DNA from: Neophaeotheca triangularis
Lineage: Eukaryota
NCBI GenBank assembly: GCA_054600435.1
Contig: BAAIJX010000055.1
Coordinates: 1-64,000, forward strand
DNA length: 64,000 nucleotides
Direction of reading: 5' to 3'
The notes under the pieces are model-generated. The model saw only the letters and a list, made by a program, of their open reading frames with translations, did no database searches and was not told the DNA's origin. Numbering within the stretch: position 1 is the first letter of the stretch; the number at the start of each line of letters is the position of its first letter. Positions 58,621 through 64,000 of the stretch are shown one piece after another. The translations under genes were made by a program, and so were the position numbers.

Positions 58621-61415
58621 ATGTTCATATCTCACTTCCTCTCCGCCGTTGCTGGCTACGCCACGTCCTTGCAATGCGTATTCAACCATGACACTATCCT
58701 TCAAAACCAGCCTTTCACCTTCTCCAAAGAATGGCACGTTGTAGGTCCATTCCAGCTAGGTACCAGAGGTAAATCATTTCCTTCCATCTTCTCTTACAGT
58801 TTACCTCTAACCCACCCCAAGAGGCCGCATGGGGAGCAGACCCTCTCGAACACGAAGGCGGCTTCCATAACCTCGAATACAATTCAAATGCCATCTTCAA
58901 GAGCTCCTTGACACCCAATGCCTCCGTTGCCTGGTCTACTCACGATGCTCGGCTTGGTTACTCCAGTAGCGGCAAGGCGATAGCGGAATTAGCCGTCAGC
59001 TTCCCTGACGTTCCATGGCGCGCTCTGCAAGATGTCTACGGTTGGTCCGCGCTCCAATGGCAAGGATGGGCTCGCGGCTCGATCAACGTCGATGCAAACG
59101 AAACCAAAGTATTGATATTGCATACCGACCACGTGCTCGAATATTGGATAGATCATGTCCGTTATTACGGCGGCGATTTCTACGCTTACCGGAGAGCACC
59201 TGTCACTCTGCGTCTGGCACCGGGAACTCATACGATCGAATTGCGTTTGACTCGTGATGTGCGAGCTATGGGAGGTGTTGATCCGCCAGATATTACCATC
59301 AACCTCGCTTTAGAAGAGACAACCAGCGATCTGCAGCCTGCAAGCTGGGAGCCGGATTCCCAAGTCATGATCGCGGATGTGATAGATGGCTATGATGGGA
59401 TTCTAGCTTCCACCTTTGCGTCGTCTACCCTGCGCAATGATGGGACCAATAATGTTTTCATTACTGGGATAGAGGCCATGCCCAACATGTGCTTCTCAAA
59501 GCTGATATCGGAAACACCAATCAAATTGGTCCCCGGTCAAACTCGTCCAATCGCTTTCAAAATAGAATGCGTCCCACCAATATCCGCCGGCCCCCCTTAC
59601 TGGGGCGAATACTACGTCGACTTCAAATACCATACCGCCAGCAGCGACGAAGAAAAGATCCTAACCCTCTTCGACTGGCCCATACACTTTCGCGAGACCC
59701 AGGAACCCCACAAAATCACCTTCGCCCACCCTTCCGGCATCGTCTCCTACGCAATATTGCGCCCCCCCTCCCCCACATCTAACTGTACCAACCGCACCAC
59801 TAAACCACTCCCAATCCTCCTCGCCTTTCACGGCGCAGGCCTCGAAGCCTCCAGCGACCAAGTCCGCCACAGCCTCGACGCCCTTCCCAACCTCTGCGCC
59901 TGGGCACTCTTTCCCACGGGCGTAACCCCTTGGAGCGGCGACGACTGGCACAGTTGGGGTATTGCGGACGTCGAAGCCGCGGTCTCCGCAATCCCAGATT
60001 GGATCGCGCATAATGACTGGCAAGGCCCGGGCGTCGACACTGATCGCTGGTTCGTCACGGGCCACTCAAATGGCGGTCAAGGCGTTTGGTACGCGCTTAC
60101 CCATCACCCGGATAAAGTCATCGCCGCGGCGCCGTTGAGTGGGTATACCAGCGTGCAGAATTATGTGCCGTATACTTTCTGGCAACCGGCTGAGCCTGCG
60201 TTGACTGCGGTCGTGCAATCAGCAATGAACGATTATCGCCACGAGTTGTTGTTGGAGAATGCCAAGGGGATTCCGATATATCTGCAGCATGGCGGGCTGG
60301 ACGACAACGTCCCGCCTTACCATTCGCGGCTGATGCATTCGCTGCTCCATCAAGTTGGTTCTGAAAGCCAGTACATGGAAGTTCCAGGGAAGCCACACTA
60401 CTGGGACAGCGTCATGACAACCCCAACACTGACGGGATTCTTCCACGCACACCTAGACCCAGAGCGAGGGCCCAACCGACCCGACAACTTCACCCTCGTA
60501 ACCGCCTCCTCAGCCAACACAGGCACCAAAAACGGCTTCCGCATCCTCCACCTCCTCGACCCAAGCAAACTCGGCCGCATCACCGTCTCTATCGATCCCA
60601 ACTCCCAGACCTGTCATCTCCACCCAAACCCCAACATCCTCGCCTTTGAAATCCACCCCAACGCTCCTTGCGAACGCTACAACATCAACGACGACCACCC
60701 CACCGCATCACCCATTCCAACATCCGAACCCCAGATCTTCTTCCGCTCCAGCGACGGGAGTTTCAAGCCCCGCAACCCCGGCGATCCCGCCCTCCCTACC
60801 CGCCGACTCGGCCAGCTCGGCCCCGTGGACGGTATCCTCGGCTCCCGTGGGCCGATCGCTATCGTTCAGCGAACACGGAGTCCGGAGATTGCTCGGCTTG
60901 CGCTTCAGATCTCGAGGAATCTGGCGCAGTACTTCTACGCCGACACCGTCATCGCTGAGCACTACCCATTGGCTGTAGCAGCGGAGAAGGACCGGGGCTG
61001 GGGGAACAGCATAACCCTTGCGCTGGGCTCTGATCTCCCGTCATCCGCCAGCGGTCCGGCTATCGTGGCTGATGCTGGTGGTTTGACTATCACGGGTGCC
61101 GATGGGGTTGAGCACTATTATCCCGCTTTGCACCCTGGAACGCTGGAGTCTACCGGGGTGGCGGCGCTCTGGCTTCGGCCTAGGGCTGCTGAAGACGGCG
61201 ATGGTGAGGAGGCGCTGGATTTGGTCCTCTGGGCGGCTAGAGCCGAGGATTTGGGCAAGGTGGCTAGGTTTGTGCCGGTCTTGACTGGGGTGGGGGTTCC
61301 GGAGTTTGTGGTGGTGGGAGAAGGTCTCGGGGGGCAGGGTGTCGGGGGTGTGAGGGCGGTGGGGTGGTTTGGGGGGTTTTGGGAAGTTGTTACTGGGGCT
61401 TCGGTGTTTACTTAG
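58621..61415 (+). CDS. Secreted alpha/beta-hydrolase (peptidase S9/esterase-like) multidomain protein; exons 58621-58768, 58822-61415
   Basis: Short hydrophobic N-terminus, W.VVGPFQLGTREAAWGADPLE, LAFHGAGLEA, nucleophile elbow GHSNGG, HGGLDDNVP (Asp) and GKPHYW (His). Intron 58769-58821. Confidence 0.82.
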
Positions 61416-62201
61416 GCGGCTCGTTCGAGGACAGTGCTGTGTGAGGGTCTCTTTCTTGAGTCGGCGGGCTGGGACTGTGGTGTGAGACGTTGTTGTTGGG
61501 TATTTGAATATTGCTTGATGGGAGTGGCAGGTTGGAGTTTGACTTGCTGCTCGTAGAAATCGAACCAGAGACTTTATTCCCTTGTTTACAATACTACGAC
61601 AACCAGGATCGAGTAGGCAATCCATCAGATGCCGTAGCCCTAACAACATACCCTGGCTCATCGCCATCACTGTTGTTTCGAGTCTTCTTAGGGTCAGAGT
61701 TTGAGTTTACCAATCCGCCAAGCCCAGAAGCTCGAACGTTCTGTGTCGCCTTTGGAATCTCCCTCCTTTCCTTCGTAGCTGTCCTCTCACCGGTCTTCAC
61801 CTACCACGATCGGTACTATCCGAAATTTCATCCAAGTACCTCCAGCTGACCCGCCAATAGGTGCCAGTGATGGGAGGTGCCTCTGCTGCGCTGTGGTGGC
61901 GCAGACAGCTTCACCGGTTTATTGCAACGCTCGCTTGATGTAATGCAGGTGGTAAGTGATTCCGAGCGCTCGGCATGCATGCACCTGATCATGCGTCTGT
62001 TCGGCGGTAAGGCTGTAGTGCCCCTCGCCAGTTCGCAGCTTCTCCTCTTCTCTGGACTTGATCTCTTCACAGCCTACGGTCACGAAAACGCTACACTGCA
62101 CTGCAACCTCTACCTTGCTGAGACCGACACTTCGCTGCTAGTTCTAGAACGAAGCCTTATCGAATCTGGAATCGCTCGAAAGCACGAGAAGACTAGTTCC
62201 C

Positions 62202-64000
62202 ATGGCCGGACTGGAAGATCCGAGGATTCGAGGCGTCGAGGCCGTCGCCCCCTCCGCACGCATGGCCAAGCCGCCTACCGAAGGCTCAGAGATAGAGCAG
62301 CGGCCGCTGTCGAGACTGTGCCAGGTGTGCGAGTCCATCTTCAGTCGCAGCGCGGAATGGTATCTCAACGATCTCGAGTCGCGGAAAGCGGAAAGAGAGA
62401 ACGAAGAGCCCTGGCCTTGCGGTTGTGCGTTTGAAGTCCACTCAAGGCACGGTGATAAGGTGTCATGGTACCCGCATCACCGTTCAGGCACTGAAAGATC
62501 AGAAGCGATTTCTGCTGGGTGCGAACTGTGCGCGCAAATACCGGACCGCTTTAGAGGGAATGGGCTATGCTATGCCTTCGAGCTGGTGGCGTCTGCGCCC
62601 GAGCGTCAATGTAATCTCAAGTTCTCAAGCGCGAAAAGGTGGAGTGAATACGGACAAGGTCCGTCTATGGTAGTCAGGCCTTCTAGCAAGATTTGGGATG
62701 TAACCGCCGCGGCACGCACTTCAATTTCCACTGGAAGCTTCGAAACATTGACCCTTGCGAAGACCTGGCTCGACGAATGCACGCGTAGCCATCCGGAATG
62801 CGCTCCCGTAGAGCACGATTATTATCCGACGAGGCTGCTAGAGCTTGCCTCATCGCAACTTAGGCTGCTAGAATGCAACTCAGAGCCGCCGGCAGGACCG
62901 TATGCAACCGTCAGTCACTGCTGGGGGGGTGAAACCTTCATAACTCTCACGCGGCAGAACTACGATCGCTTCCGTTTAGGCATCGACATGTCGGAATTCC
63001 CCAACACGTTTCGAGATATCTTCACCGTGGCGCAGTTTCTGTCGATACAGTACATCTGGATCGACTGCTTTTGCATAATACAGGGAGACCAAGGTGACTG
63101 GGAGCACGAAGCTCCACGAATGCAGCATGTATATTCGCACGCCAAACTCAACATTGGGGCAAGTGGAGCTCGTAAACCCTCGGATGGATGCTTTTACAAG
63201 CGCGATCCCCCAGTCAAAGTGCAAGTGGCCAATGAAGATCAAGAACTGCATAATTTCCTGAGCAATCTTTTCCAGGACGAGCGCCCTGATAGGAGTGGGG
63301 AGAATCTACCACTTTTCGTGAACTGGGCATTACAGGATGGACCGCTCGAACGAGTCGTACTTAATGAACATGGTCCTCAACTAGCCTCGCACCTCCGTTC
63401 ATCACCAATCTTCCATCGAGCCTGGATCGTCCAAGAGCGCCTCCTTGCGTCTCGCATGCTTCATCTTGCCAGCAACAAAATAGGCCTCACCTGGGAGTGT
63501 CAGGGCTGTACCAGTCATGTAGTGAACGAGTTCGCCCCTGTGAACGAAAGCCCTGGAATCCGAAACAAGGGTCGCAGCATGGTCAATGCATTTGACCGCC
63601 CTGGATGTCTTCACGAGTCTACTTCCGGAACAGAAGATGATAGGATAGCGTTGTGGCGCATGGTCATCTTTACATACACCAGAGCCAAACTTACGTATCT
63701 TTCGGATAAGTCTGTGGCGATTCAGAGCGTGGCGGAACGTATTGCGCGTCTAAGGAGTACACGCTACGTCTTGGGCTTTTTCATCAGGGATCTGCCGAAG
63801 GGTCTGTGCTGGCACAGCGACCATCATTTTGACACCTGGAAAGCTCGGTCTAAAGTACCATCATGGAGCTGGTTGTCTGTAGATGGGGTTCTTGAGTTAG
63901 GCTATAACTACAGCCCGTGTCCCGGAGAACTGCTTGCTGCGCTAATATGGCCAGGTGAGGCCAATGACATGTTCGTTGTCTGCAGACCGTTCGTGTTAAG
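62202..64000 (+). CDS. HET-domain (heterokaryon incompatibility, PF06985-type) protein; runs off the window end
   Basis: Frame translated by hand from ATG 62202 to ~63720 with no stop. It is missing from the ORF track, which is consistent with no stop before the window end. Motifs: LCQVCESIF, YPHH...CELC, AKTWLDECTRSHPEC, PTRLL, YATVSHCWGG, PNTFRD, YIWIDCFCIIQGD..DWEHEAPRMQHVYSHA, PIFHRAWIVQERLLASR, YTRAKLTYLSDK. Confidence 0.92.
   Translation, partial: MAGLEDPRIRGVEAVAPSARMAKPPTEGSEIEQRPLSRLCQVCESIFSRSAEWYLNDLESRKAERENEEPWPCGCAFEVHSRHGDKVSWYPHHRSGTERSEAISAGCELCAQIPDRFRGNGLCYAFELVASAPERQCNLKFSSAKRWSEYGQGPSMVVRPSSKIWDVTAAARTSISTGSFETLTLAKTWLDECTRSHPECAPVEHDYYPTRLLELASSQLRLLECNSEPPAGPYATVSHCWGGETFITLTRQNYDRFRLGIDMSEFPNTFRDIFTVAQFLSIQYIWIDCFCIIQGDQGDWEHEAPRMQHVYSHAKLNIGASGARKPSDGCFYKRDPPVKVQVANEDQELHNFLSNLFQDERPDRSGENLPLFVNWALQDGPLERVVLNEHGPQLASHLRSSPIFHRAWIVQERLLASRMLHLASNKIGLTWECQGCTSHVVNEFAPVNESPGIRNKGRSMVNAFDRPGCLHESTSGTEDDRIALWRMVIFTYTRAKLTYLSDKSVAIQSVAERIARLRSTRYVLGFFIRDLPKGLCWHSDHHFDTWKARSKVPSWSWLSVDGVLELGYNYSPCPGELLAALIWPGEANDMFVVCRPFVL

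Overview
This window is eukaryotic, GC-rich (gene-dense) DNA from a filamentous ascomycete. It has short GT-AG introns with CTRAC/CTAAC branch sites, and several genes that normally carry introns are intronless here. A Dothideomycete of the Mycosphaerellales/Capnodiales type is my inference only. About 21 intact genes can be modelled, most of them conserved housekeeping genes: BC10/BLCAP, M1 aminopeptidase, ATG8, NCE101, an AA9 LPMO, a flavocytochrome-b2-like oxidoreductase ending in -SKL, TRS120, TSC2, RNH201, an orphan disordered protein, a small membrane protein, a PMP47-type peroxisomal carrier, HookA, a Myb factor, tubulin cofactor B, MIF2/CENP-C, Abp2, a PUF protein, SEY1, SLY41 and a secreted S9-like hydrolase. 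Fast-evolving, immunity-type loci sit at both ends: a disrupted SLIP-GC/dynamin-like GTPase gene on the left, which the ORF track does not show as a gene, and a HET-domain gene on the right that runs off the window. I found no tRNA, rRNA, CRISPR array or intact transposon. The best leads are the 692-nt structured last intron that splits the CENP-C cupin domain, a possible GUG start with an overlapping uORF in the Myb gene, a 22-bp intergenic motif present three times around the LPMO/CYB2 pair, the PTS1-bearing cytochrome b2 and the long repetitive LPMO tail. Family calls come from recognising motifs by eye, not from database searches.
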